A stretch of 64,000 bases of DNA, from the NCBI RefSeq assembly GCF_000143415.4, contig NW_003314262.1, forward strand, positions 5,951,531 to 6,015,530, in the 5' to 3' direction. Every line of letters begins with the position of its first letter. Within the stretch, counting starts at the first letter, position 1. Source of the stretch: Selaginella moellendorffii (Eukaryota; Plantae; Lycopodiophyta). The notes below the pieces were generated by a model. That model did no database searches. It was not told the origin of the DNA and saw only the letters and a list, made by a program, of their open reading frames with translations. Shown here piece by piece: positions 51,461 to 62,932 of the stretch. The position numbers were made by a program, and so were the translations under genes.

Positions 51461-52472
51461 AGAAATAGAGCCAAGACAAAGATCAAAAAGCCGACATAAA
51501 AAACTTTCAGAAACAATACTCTAAGAGAATGAAAGAGGTGGGTGATCTTGAAAATGAAGAAGAAACCTCTCCATCTTTCTCAATAGGTTTTGGAGTTCTC
51601 TCTCTTTATGCTACTTGTAAAAATCCATAGTGAAACATAATTGAAATTTAAATAAAGTAATAAGAAGACAACGTACAAAATGAATTTAAATTCTATAGCA
51701 AATTTAACATGTTCAAGTGTGACAGTATTAATATTACTGTCATCTATTATGATGTCTGATGCATGTATATACATAGATCCAAGGAAAGATTTTCAGCACG
51801 TGAAGTTTGATAGTTAATGATGATACTAGTAATGACATTCTGCTATAACATGTTAAACCAAGAGATCCAATCTAACTATCAGCACATGTGATATATCAAG
51901 TTGTCAAATTTTAAGTGGTAGATGATAATAAATCTTGTCAAATCTTATTTTTCAATGACAGATATAATTCGTAGTACAACTCAAGTTTTATCCATAATTG
52001 TGAACACTGCTCAATGACATTTAAAGCACGTGCCTATTGTTTAGGATCTAGTACAACACAAAATAAATTTCTGGATGAGGATTCATCCATTCATAGATGG
52101 ATATAGTACAACATATTTTAACATGCCTTATTTATACTCTTTAAAGTTCTTGTAACGATTCCAAAATATGTACAAAATATTGATGAGAATGCATCCTATC
52201 TAGATAATTTGTAAAATATAATATCATATCTCTAATAACAAAAATGTTGATAGGTGCTAGTTATACCATCATTAAAATATACAAAATAAAGAAGCATAAT
52301 TTACATATAATAATAATGATAAGATAAAATAAGACCAAAGATATTGTGATGGTTGAGATTTAGGTTATTCGGAATGAACAGCCAGGATTAGAGATTGGTT
52401 ATGGTTAGGGCAGTCATCAGGATTAGGGTTAGGGTAGCTGCCAAGATTAGGTCACTGTTTGCACCGTGAGTG

Positions 52473-52680
52473 GAGCGCGCAAGAGATCGAGAGATTGAGC
52501 GCATGAGCGCGAGAGATTGAGCGCACGAGCAGGAGAGTTTGAGCGCGCGAGCGGGAGAGATTGAGGGCACGAGCAGGAGAGTTTGAGCGCACGAGCGGGA
52601 GAGATTGAGTGCGCGAGCGCGAGAGTTTGAGTGTGCGAGCCGGAGAGATTTAGCACGCGAGCGGGAGAGATTGAGCGCAC
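52473..52680. repeat. CpG-rich tandem array of ~20-22 bp units (GAGCGCACGAGCGGGAGAGATT)
   Basis: About 9 imperfect copies, ending ~40 bp before the ATG at 52719. Confidence 0.92.
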
Positions 52681-52815
52681 AAGAAATCCAGCACAATCAA
52701 GAAATCAGGGGAGGAAAGATGCCACCAAGGGTGAGTTTCGATTTGATTGCTTCCACTTCCATTTTTTTATTCCCATTTCTTCCATTTTTTCTTCTTGATT
52801 GCTTCTTTGCTGGCT

Positions 52816-53191
52816 GAGGTCGAGCTCGAGCCAGCCACTTCGGGCAGTTTTGCTCGCCGAGGGGCTGAGGTTATTTGAATAACCTCGGCCCCTCGGGTGG
52901 CCAAACTGCCTGAGGTCGAGCTCGGGCCCGCCACCTCAGGTAGTTTTGCTCGCTAAAGGGCCGAGGTTATTTGAATAACCTCGGCCCCTCAGGTGGCAAA
53001 ACTGCCCGAGGTCAAGCTCGAGTTGGCCACCTCAGGCACTTTGGCTGCCCAAGGGGCCAAGGTTATTCAAATAACCTTGGCCCCTCTGGCCCCTAAAGTG
53101 CCCGAGCTCGACCTCAGGCACTTTAGGGGCCGGAGGGGCTGAGGTTATTTGAATAACCTCAGCCCCCTGGGCAGCCAAAGTGCCTGAGGTG
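52816..53191. repeat. Four palindromic ~80-95 bp units in intron 1 of the methyltransferase gene
   Basis: Core GGGGCYGAGGTTATT-TG-AATAACCTCGGCCCC at ~52861, ~52958, ~53053 (reversed) and ~53135, separated by GTCGAGCTCG-type spacers. Confidence 0.92.
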
Positions 53192-53412
53192 GAGTCTAGG
53201 CTTACTTGATTTTTTTTTTCTCTTTAATTGTTTGAATTTCTCATTATCTTTATTTAGTTTGACTAAAAAAAATTTTTCTCTTGCAGAAAAGGAAAATTGT
53301 AACATATAAAAAAGTTGTTGGAGCCAAGAAGACATGAGAAATTCAATTCGGCACTGACAACGACATCACGATCAACATATCCATTGGCACAACAAAGACA
53401 CATTTAGTTAGA

Positions 53413-53647
53413 GATTCACCACCTCCACCACCATCACCTCCACCATCACCACCTCCACCACTGCCATCGCCACCTCCACCACCTCCATCACCACCTCCAT
53501 CACCACCATCGCCACCGCCACCACCACCATTGCCACCACCACTGCCATTATTGCCTCTACCCCCGCCACCACTGCTGCCACCACCACCATTGCCACCACC
53601 ATTGCCACTATTGCTTCTGCCCCTGTCGCCACCGCCACCACCACCAA
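53413..53647 (+). repeat. (CCA)n-rich coding repeat (polyproline linker)
   Basis: In frame with exon 2 of the ParB-methyltransferase gene. Confidence 0.85.
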
Positions 53648-55720
53648 CGCAAATCCCTGAAGTTGGGCAATCTAGTGGTGTTCACGATAGGGAACCTGAG
53701 GAACAACTTGGAGCTGAAAGAGTTGCAGACCTTCCTGAGAACGTGGTGGACAAGCACTTCCAAGAGACTATTATGCGGACAAGGGAAAAAGCAGTTCACC
53801 AAACACTTGAGGCGCTCAAGTGGCCAAGCCCTTGTGACTTGATCAGAGAAATCCCCCTTTGTTGTTTGCAACAAATGAATTTTGTCCGCACAGCATCCAA
53901 GTATGTCAACCCGGATATATACAGCTTGTTCAAACAGAATGGCCTTGCAACAAATATCGGTATGTTTCTAGTCTCTTTTTGCAAGCAAGGAATAATGAAG
54001 ATCATTACTGTCACACCCAAGATTGTGAATAGCTAGGATCCTATTTGGAGGAGGAAGTCCCTAGAATTTGATGACATTTTTATCAGACATCCTGAGACTC
54101 GACAGCTTGCAGGGACAATGTTCCAAATTATTGATGGTAACCATTGATATGGAGCTTGGATGAAGTGTATTGACGATCATTTTCACAATGATCCTGTTTA
54201 CCATATCAACGTTCTAGTCGGCCATGTCTACGCGAGGGGACCTTTGGATGTCAATAAACTTATCTTGGCCTGCCAAAAGATCAATGCGTAAATTTTATAG
54301 TTTTACCTCTAACTCCACTTTAACTTATTTTGTTGTGTTTAAATGTAGGCTTGGGCAATTTGCTGTTCAAAAACAAAACTTTGTCCATGACATTGCGCAA
54401 CTTCGATTTTTGGCAGACTTGAGTGAGGATGACATCCGCCAACATTATAGTGATGATCTCACAACACTTGTTCGGCACTCACACACTCGAAATGACGGTA
54501 CAACTTGGTTCAACAACCCAATCAGTTTTATGCTCACTATGTGGTGTAAGGTATGTCTTTCCCTTTTATTTTATAAAAGCCTCTTTTAATTGTTTTGGTG
54601 TTTAGCCTTTGGTGAAGGTCAAGCAAGATGCTTACGAACTTGCATATTCGGAGAAGAGTCAGGAAGAGCTCTCAACTGAGTTTGTTCAAATTGAGCACAA
54701 AATTCAACATGCAAAGTCCTCAAAGTTGAAAAAACTAATATGCATTGCAGACAATCGCAGGCCGAAGGAGTGGCTAGAGACTATAGCCGAAATTTCTTCT
54801 CATGAATGTAAGTTTTTTATCACACTTCATTTTTCTTAATTATGCATATGTTACTTTTGCAATGAACAAAACTCCAAATGACATGATTTACAATATCGCA
54901 AAATTGAAGCTTCCATATAAGCAATAGATAAAGACTCTAGAGTTCCTCAATGTCTGCTTGATGAATAGAGAGAAAGGACCGCCAAAACTATTTGACAACA
55001 TGATGAGAAGGGCTGTCTACATCACACAAACTATAAGTGAAGGTGAGAAGTTCTTGGCACCACACATTGGTGACGATTCAGATGGCACATTCATGTCTTT
55101 CGACACCTACATCAACACGTCATTAGAAGGGATTGAAAAGGGGTGGCTGCCAGAGAAGTTTACAAGCACAACAACTTATGATTGCCAACATGGTCAACCT
55201 TATTTCATGCGACATGCAACTTATAGGTATAATATGATTTCTAAGACTATTTTCTAATATATATTGTTTACAGGTATCTTTGATATAGAGGCATGCCATT
55301 TGAGGCACCAGTTTGCACTCAACTTGTTGCAAAGGGTGTAACGGATGGAGGAATGTACCCAACAATATTTACAAGAGTTCCAAAGGCACGGAAAATAGAA
55401 TGCCCTTGGGAGTTGGAGCTCCTAGGGAAGGAGACCTCTACACTAGATCGTGAGGAAGTTATCAATGCTAGCAACGATGGCAATGCAAGTGACGATAGAG
55501 ACAAGGATGAGGAAGCTCCAGATTAAGTTCGTGTTCCACCACCAAACAGCCAGAAACAGGCTCCAATTCAACCATCAAACAACCAAGATCTGGATTAAGT
55601 TCTACTAATAAATAACGATGATCAAGTGGTTCATAGAATATCACGTCGACCTCGAGGTAAGCAAAAGTGAATTTTACAAACTAAAAGTGGTAATACACGT
55701 TTTTTGCAGCAATGACTATT

Positions 55721-56375
55721 TTTAGCACATGTGATCATGGGATGAGATTTGGATATACTATCACCGTGGATCCTTGGAACCTTAGGGGATAAATGAGGAT
55801 AAAATAGCTACTAAGGGCTCTCTCATCAAACAATTGCCTCTTTTCCAGTTGGCTTAAGGGGAGAGAGATAAGGTGCGCTACAATTGGTATCAGAGCAAAT
55901 GGCACGGGTTCGATTCCCATTTATTAGTGGCTACTTAAAAATATAATATACCCTTGAGTAAGGTATATTCCTACCTTTAAAATTTGAAATCATACATATT
56001 GGGTATCCATGCGTATGTCCTTCCTCTTGTGTGGAGTATCCATGGACGAAAGTATCCACCGTGGGACTGCAGTACGGGTGGATGACTAGTTGCCTCACAT
56101 GGAATAGCTAGTCTACACAATGGAAAGATTGGTAGATTTGAAGGTGTTAGTTCCCCTTGGCTCAGTAGGGGTTGTTAGTCAATAGTCAATGAACATCTCT
56201 GAAGGGGGGGTGAGTGTAGCGTATGTGATCATGGGATGAGATTTGGATATACTATCACCGTGGATCCTTGGAACCTTGGGGATAAATGGGGATAAAATAG
56301 CCACTAAGGGCTCTTTCATCAAGCAATTTCCCCTTTTCCAGTTGGCTTACGGGGAAAAAGATAAGGTGCACTACA
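55721..56375 (+). mobile_element. TRIM (non-Cassandra) inserted in an exon of the methyltransferase gene
   Basis: ~161-bp LTRs 55721-55882 and 56215-56375; PBS TGGTATCAGAGC at 55885; PPT GAAGGGGGGGTGAG; TSD CTATT/CTGTT. Confidence 0.93.
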
Positions 56376-57886
56376 CTGTTGGTAGTAATTTCATTCCAGC
56401 TCAACGAGATGCTCATGAAGAGGAGTTGGAGGAACTCTCATCGACAACACGCCATATGACGGTAGCACACTATTTATTACTTTTTTCATTCACTTAGCTC
56501 TTTTATAGGTCTGTCCTATGTCCCCAATAACACAATGAGGCATTATGGGTATCTTCATTGGCTCTTATAGTAGATTGTTGACATCTTTCACGGAAGACAA
56601 CATCAATATGGATATACGGTGTCAATTCAACCGTTGGTGCTGAAAGATACAAAGGCCCTTGCTCCCAATTGCGGACTTCATTCTCTTCGACTTTCCAGAT
56701 GATTTTTTAAATATTGATGGGAAAGTTGAGGATTGGAACTTTCTCACACCTGACCACTTGCTTGATGCATTTCTATTGTCTGAAGCACTTATGCTCGAAG
56801 CTGGCCATATCGTCTTCATCCTACCGAACGACCCCAACTGGATGTATGAGCTTATGACATGCGCAGTAGAAGTTCATTTCAAATCATTCTCTTCCAGGTG
56901 CATCATGGATCCTATTGGTGTCGATATGAGGGGCATCCAAGGGAAGCCTGAAAAGGTGAATATGTATTTTATATTTTTATCTAATTTCTAAATATTTTTA
57001 TTTTCCAGGTTATGATGTGGACCTATTATGCCTTTCTGCAGAAACACACATGATGGGTTTCGTGATAGCCAACGTGCAACACCTGTTTTGCCTGGGTACG
57101 ATAGTTCCACTAACATCATACCCAACCTTGTGGATGAGCAGATCCGCAACACATTTCCAGGGTATTAATTCCGAACTCCATCGGTAATGCAAGTCTTGCT
57201 TGAGCTTTATTGCCCACCAGATGGTGTTGTGATTGATTGCACAGCAGGTAGCGGTTCTATGGTGGAGGCAGCACGTGACTTTGGTAGGTCGGTGTTTGCT
57301 ATTGAAGAACATCATTTCTTCAAACGCTAGCTCAAAGGATTTCGTGAGTTGCCTTCAACCTTAAGGAGGTAAATTATGTTTATTAAAATTTCAATATATA
57401 ATTCTATTTTAAAGATCACAGTCACCTGGAATTTCTAGAATTGGAGGCTTTGGAAGTCTCCTTGACGATACAGAAGCCATGGCTCAACATATGCAAGGTG
57501 AATCTTCCCCACAATACCAATATAGGAGGAAGTATAAAAGAAATCATTATGTTGATGATGAGGCAAAAGAAAGTTAATTGCATCCTTATATAAAATGGAA
57601 AGCTTGTTATCTGTTAGATGTCAGTGAAAGTGTCAGATGTCAATAAAATTGTCAGATGTTAGTGTCAGTGTCAGATACTATAATTACAAATTATCATTCT
57701 CACTTGTCACCATCACTTTGTAGCGCTTGTATGTTGCCATCTCCTCCTTCAACATTTTGTAAACAATTGTATGTGATATGATAGCACCTTCTAGAACAAG
57801 GTATGTTACCTACAACTAATATCATTTTATTATATTTTTTCTTTTAATAATGACAATACTATAGTATAGTAAAGTAATTCTAGATT

Positions 57887-58432
57887 TTACATTCCACTGT
57901 AGGGTGGCCTAAAAACCTCATATTTTGCACTAGCCAATGCAGTGTTTCCCAAGAGGATGTTGTTCCTCACCATGAAGCAATAGTGGGTATGTGTTTGTAA
58001 CTCATTCTTGAATTTATTGTACATCCACACGTGCACATTTTCCAGACCTGCCGTTGGGCAATTCCTATAGTGCTCAAGAAAAGTTTGTAAACCCATAGAG
58101 CCATTTGTCTTGTCCAAGAAAAAGTAGCATATTGGACATCAAATGTAATAGCGTTCTGTGCTTTCAAGTAGTCCCGCCATATCAAGAGCAAGATCTTGCA
58201 AAAACATGTGGCATTGCTCTTAAAGCGCTGGAGGTAATCCCTCTCTAGTAGCAAGATCCGGAATTTCACATATAAGGACCTCTAATTCAGCTTCACTAGA
58301 GCCCTCAGCAGAAAAAAGATTGTTATGTAGAGGTGAAGGTGGAATGTTGGTAGAATTTGGGGATGGAGATGGAGATTGATATGAAATGCTGGGGGGCCAA
58401 GTACGAGTAGCAATGACTTTCCTTTGAGCCAT
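57887..58432 (-). pseudogene. Second small CPIC zinc-finger ORF (ZnF-B), with two in-frame stops
   Basis: One frame: MAQRKV..PPAL*EQCHM..YYI*CPICYFFLDKTNG..EHYRNC..VHVWMYNKFKNELQTHTHY; stops at 58220-58222 and 58139-58141. Confidence 0.6.
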
Positions 58433-60823
58433 TTCAATACAAACTTCTAAGGAGCTCAAGGAGAACAAAAAACCTACAATGACTATAACATTTCTAGATA
58501 GTTTATATACTAAGTTTTAGTCTTGGGAATGAGGTTTATTTATTATAACACTGACAATACTTAGATTCTTTAAATGTCAGTCTTGGAAATGGGGCTTCAT
58601 AATCATAGCTTTCTTGTAAACATAAGAGCTTCTAGAATTTTAGATTATCGTGTATACACATGCTCTATCATTATGATGAATCTTACTTTACTACACATAT
58701 ATTCTTTTCTACACATGCCAAATGTCTAGAGAAATAAATTGCAAGGAAATATAGACCACATTATAATAGCAGAGCACATTGGCATGCTACCATTCTCTTA
58801 TGTGAGATTGCCTTTCAGTCTTGGAAATGTAGATAAAGTTGATTCTTTGATGTAATATTACTTTTGAGTCTTTCGAAAGATTTTGATTTCTTTTATCATT
58901 ATTTACAAATAATTCCCGAAAACTTTTAATGAGGATTCACTGCGAAATATACCTTGGTCTTATCATATGAGAGGATTGCGATATAGGCAAGCAACAGAGT
59001 TTTTAATATGAATTAATATATAAATTACAAATGTCATGGAAAGTTTTATGGAGTAGATTTCTTGGTGCTTTCCACCGTGCTGTTCATTTCTTCATTTCTC
59101 TTGCTATAGACTGTTGTTTCAGAAGTAACAGGAACATTTTTATCAATCGTGATAAAGGTCTCTACATTCCCAAATGGGTAATAAGGACCAAGAGTGTAAT
59201 ATGGAGATTGTGGTAGTGAGACAAAATTAACATTCTCACATTCCTTTGCACTACAACTCTTACTCACAGATCTTGTATTTTCCTTGCTTCCCATCTTCTC
59301 AAGAACCCTAAAAAATCTTTTGAATGAAGGAATAGTATCTACAGCTGTAAAAGTATTCAAAATATTAAGTAGTCAAATCAAATATGACAGTTGTAACAAT
59401 TGTCATAATAAAATAATATAGTTTTATAAAAGATAGGTTCTCATGAACTTTGTCTTTTTTAAACAATTCAATCTTATAGAAACTTTTAACTTAGATATTT
59501 ATGTATTTTAATATTTTAAAGTTTGCTAGAACCTTCATTTGTTCAATTTAGATCTTCTTTGTAATATTTCTTATTGACTATGTTGACTTGAGTTGACTTG
59601 TGTTGAATTGAGCTCAACTCAACTTTAGACCATCCCTAAAGTGAGTACTAATTCCAAAAGTTGAGCAATAGATAGCATCAGTTCATACTCTCATCCTAAA
59701 GAGAGTATAGTGTAGCAATAGGAATACTCTAATGCAACACTTCTTTGGAAGGACATAAGACCTAGCAATGCTGCACCATGTGTGGGAGATTGGCTCTCTA
59801 CTTCCAGCTACAACTTGGCAATCCTCTTGGATCACTTCCACGAACTAAACACAAACAACCCCTTTGCAGTCTTGAATCTCAATCTTGCCATCAAGTTTAA
59901 TGGGATCTTGAATGCCTTGCTCCATCACACCAAATCCTTATCCATCTATGTTGCTAATGCAATGGCTTTATAAAGCCTCATTTAAAAAATTACACTAAAG
60001 TCCATATGGATCTAAAAGTGGCAACATAGCAACCTCACACACTATTTATGGCAGCACTTCCTAGAGGTTTGACAGTTTTAAACAAGCAACAGTTTGAATT
60101 AGATGAGTGTTGTTTGGAAGTAGAATTGGGCCAAAAACTTGCTATGATAGGCTTGTGTTCCCTAGAACATCTGGCAAAGCCAATGTTATGATAATTTTGC
60201 TCTTCATCTTAGCATCTGGTAGAACAACATTATAAGGCGTATGTGGCCTTGACCACAATAGCGACAACAACCTCCATGTCCATGACAACCTTACTGCTGC
60301 TGATAGTAGTTGGCATTGCTGTTTGACATTCATCATGCGTTGGAGCTTCTGGCTCACCACCCCAATCCGTACTATATACTGAATATACCAATCTCCACAT
60401 GTACACTTTCAATTGGAATACTTGAATGCCATTCTCAGAGAAGTTTCTGAAATGTGTGAGCCTGGAGAAGAGGGAGTTGAGGTTTCCCCCAAGCATCCAT
60501 CCAAAGAAATTAAACTCTTGAACATGGCCAGTGATGTTGTTACATAATTCTTGAGAGAGTTGTTATGACAGAAATGTGCAGTTGCTGCTGCTACTACTGT
60601 GATTTGTAACACCTATTTTGAAAGCCAGCAGTGCATTTATCTCCTCTGCTGATAAATTCCTAAAGCCGTGAGGAGTCTTGATTGGAAATTATACAAACAT
60701 CTAGTTTGAGTTAACTTCACTATATCAACAAGATTACAGCCTTTTGAGTTTAAATAAGAACCCTAATAGCAATACCGGACTTGGAAAGCCTAAAATCGGA
60801 AACCCTTAGAAAAAGGGGGGCAA

Positions 60824-61591
60824 ATGGCTCTTTGCGCGCCACGAATCGCTTTCCAGCTTCACAGTCCACCTAGGGTTTGTAGCAAGTTGCGAGGGAAGGA
60901 GGCCGCATCGCCGCTGCCCAAATGTATGGCGGCCAGCGGCGCAGCGCTGGGATTGATGCTGTTGCCCACTTCTGCGGCTTTTGCCGCGGCGCAGGACAAT
61001 CTAGGGTTTATTCGCGAGCTCCTGTCCGAGGAACCCGCGAATGCTCTCTCACTCCCGACATGGACCATTCACGTCGCCAGTGTTGTCGAGTGGTAAGTAA
61101 GTCGAGCTCGAGAGAGAGGAAAAAAGAATCAAAGTTTGGCAAAAATCCGAAGATAAAAGCGCAAAAAAGTCATCGTTTTCGTTCTTTTTGCAAGGGTGGT
61201 GGCAATGATTCTGGTCTGGCAATATGGTGACACAAAGAACAATGCAGCTTGGAAGGGCCTTTCGTGGGGAATGGTAAGCATTTCTTCTTCTTCACCAAGT
61301 TACACTTGAGAACTTGGCCAATCTTCTCTTCTTTTTTCTTCTTAGGTTCCATTGCTGGGTGGAGCTTTATGCGCTTGCACCTGGCACTTCTTCTATAATG
61401 CCGAATCACTGGAGGTATGCTCGTCCTCTCGCAAGCCTTGTGTTCTTGTGCTAAGAGAGTTTACGAGAGGTTTTTTTCTCTTGCAGGTGTTGGTCGTAAT
61501 GCAAGGTGCTCTGACGCTTGTTGGCAACATCACTCTCTGGATCGCTGCGTATAGAATCTACCAGAATAGCTCATCTTCGTCCTCGTCATAG
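60824..61591 (+). CDS. ycf49: Ycf49-like (DUF2499) plastid-targeted membrane protein; exons 60824-61092, 61195-61273, 61346-61414, 61487-61591
   Basis: NALSLPTWTIHVASVVEW-VVAMILVWQY..WKGLSWGM-VPLLGGALCACTWHFFYNAESLE-VLVVMQGALTLVGN; canonical introns; transit-peptide-like N-terminus. Confidence 0.93.
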
Positions 61592-61619
61592 TGGGTACGC
61601 TAACGCGGTCATTCTCTTT

Positions 61620-62775
61620 TGGCTCCGCTGTTGTTAATGACGACAGTGGCTGCTGCTGCAAGCTTTGAAATTCTCGCTTTGACGAGTCTTGTTCGATCCA
61701 ACTCGAACCAGGATAGCTCAGCTCTCACCTTCCATCACTTCTCCAACATGCTCCCGGCATCAGCAGACAGGTTTCCACGGAAAGTGATATCCTTTCTTGC
61801 ACCGGCTTCTCTCTTTTTCTCTTTGCATTGTTCGTATACGTTGGAAGGACGGAGATGTGCTTCTGCTCGGCTTTTCTTCATTTCCCTTGAGCCAGGTAAG
61901 TACTTGATGCAGCAAGTTATGGTATGGTCCTCTCGAGTTTTTCCCTCTGCTGCTAAAACTTACACTCGGATTGTCTTCCTTCCAGCCGATAAGCTCCTGC
62001 TTGTGGGGTCATCCACAAAAGCCCGCATGACGGCTTCCTTCATACACGCATATCATTACGGTGGCCATGTTCTGAGACACAGGGGTCCTACGATTGAGCG
62101 AAAGCAAGCAAAGGTGTGCTGCACGAGGCTGCTGCCACTGGCTGCGGCTAAAGCATCCTTTCTTACCCGTGTTTGTACTAGCGTACTCGTCCGTTCATGC
62201 AACAAAGTTGTCGACTGTACTGTAGGAGGCTCCAGCCAGCTTCTGTTCGCCAGGTGTGTGAGTGCTCTTTTGATTTCAACGCATACTAACACCGATCGCT
62301 GCTTCAGTTGCTGCGGATTGGATTGGACAGCAGGCAATAGATTCCTTCCTCCAAAAGCTGCTGGCAAGGATTTGCCTCCACTGTGCGAGAGAAGAAAAAC
62401 TTTAGCAAGGCTGGAAGTTTAAGCGTAGAGAACGACGGCCTGTAGCAGCGTTGGCGTTGTCGGTAACGTTCCGTGGTGGCGGTGGGGGTGTCAAGGTACA
62501 TCGAAAATGAAACTCGTCGCAGGCTTTAGCGTTAACGTTTTCTGGTGACACAGGCTGAAAAAGCATTTGGATCATTCTCAGAGATTGAGAACGCGACACA
62601 AGTCTTGGCAGTGAGCGTGCTTGCTATCGAAGTGTTCGTTGGAGGAGGTGAGTTTGTTTTCTATCAAAAGCATTCTTTTCTTCTGTGGTGCGATCGAAAC
62701 TAACGTCGTTTCACGCGACAGGGACTGGATTTCATGCTTTCGCGTATTCATTCAAACATTTTACAAACGGTAGAG
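61620..62775 (+). other. Gene-like region with plus-strand short introns; product unidentified
   Basis: Donor/acceptor pairs, e.g. gag|gtgagt at 62648 with acag| at 62720, and cag|gtgtgt at ~62254 with ttcag| at 62307. No clean stop-free model found. Confidence 0.3.
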
Positions 62776-62932
62776 AGAAAAAAGCGGAAAAAAAATAGGT
62801 ACCTAAAGCCACTTCAAAGCTGCTGCTTGGGCAAAGTCAGCTAGCTTGAGCAGCAGCAAGAAAAACCAATCGATAGAGGAAAGAAAAGGAAGAACTTTGA
62901 TAAGAAAAAGAACGATTTTTCGCGAGACTGTG

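Larger units (their letters stand above)
52719..57577 (+). pseudogene. Multi-exon gene: basic N-terminus, Pro-rich linker, ParB/Srx-like domain, C-terminal beta-class amino (N6A/N4C) DNA methyltransferase
   Basis: Exon 1 ATG CCA CCA AGG|gtgagt (52719-52730) splices to 53287, giving MPPRKRK. MFQIIDGNH*YGAW (ParB DGxHR; TGA at 54145 is probably ex-CGA). ADFILFDFPD (motif IV-like, 56689-56700) precedes PSVMQVLLELYCPPDGVVIDCTAGSGSMVEAARDFGRSVFAIE (motifs X-I-II, ~57178-57306). Stop at 57575-57577. Several stops plus a TRIM insertion. Confidence 0.82.
47163..59636. mobile_element. Large Mutator-like DNA transposon carrying a ParB-methyltransferase gene and two zinc-finger ORFs
   Basis: Flanks CAAAGTGAG (47154-47162) and TAAAGTGAG (59637-59645); perfect 15-bp inverted repeat GAGTTGAGCTCAATT (47188-47202 and 59606-59620) within longer degenerate TIR similarity; MULE-type transposase inside. 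Confidence 0.8.

Noticed and set aside
53408-53647. Extensin gene, or the Val-rich minus-strand ORF
   Set aside because: No signal peptide; the polyproline run is in frame within the ParB-MTase exon, and the minus ORF is its shadow.
53960-54036. Intron at G|gtatgt in the ParB region
   Set aside because: The frame continues through one TAG (probably ex-TGG, SWDPIW) into IIDGNH, so no intron is needed.
59046-59360. 104-aa ORF as a fifth gene of the element
   Set aside because: Non-ATG start, no recognisable motif and no second copy to support it.
59629-59638. hAT assignment from the CATCCCTA end and 8-bp AAAGTGAG repeat
   Set aside because: The left end does not mirror TAGGGATG, and the transposase has Mutator CxxH and SWIM features; a 9-bp TSD with one mismatch fits equally well.
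59646-60700. Possible gene remnant flanking the large transposon (continuous with 46920-47153)
   Set aside because: Stops in all frames I read and no identifiable domain.
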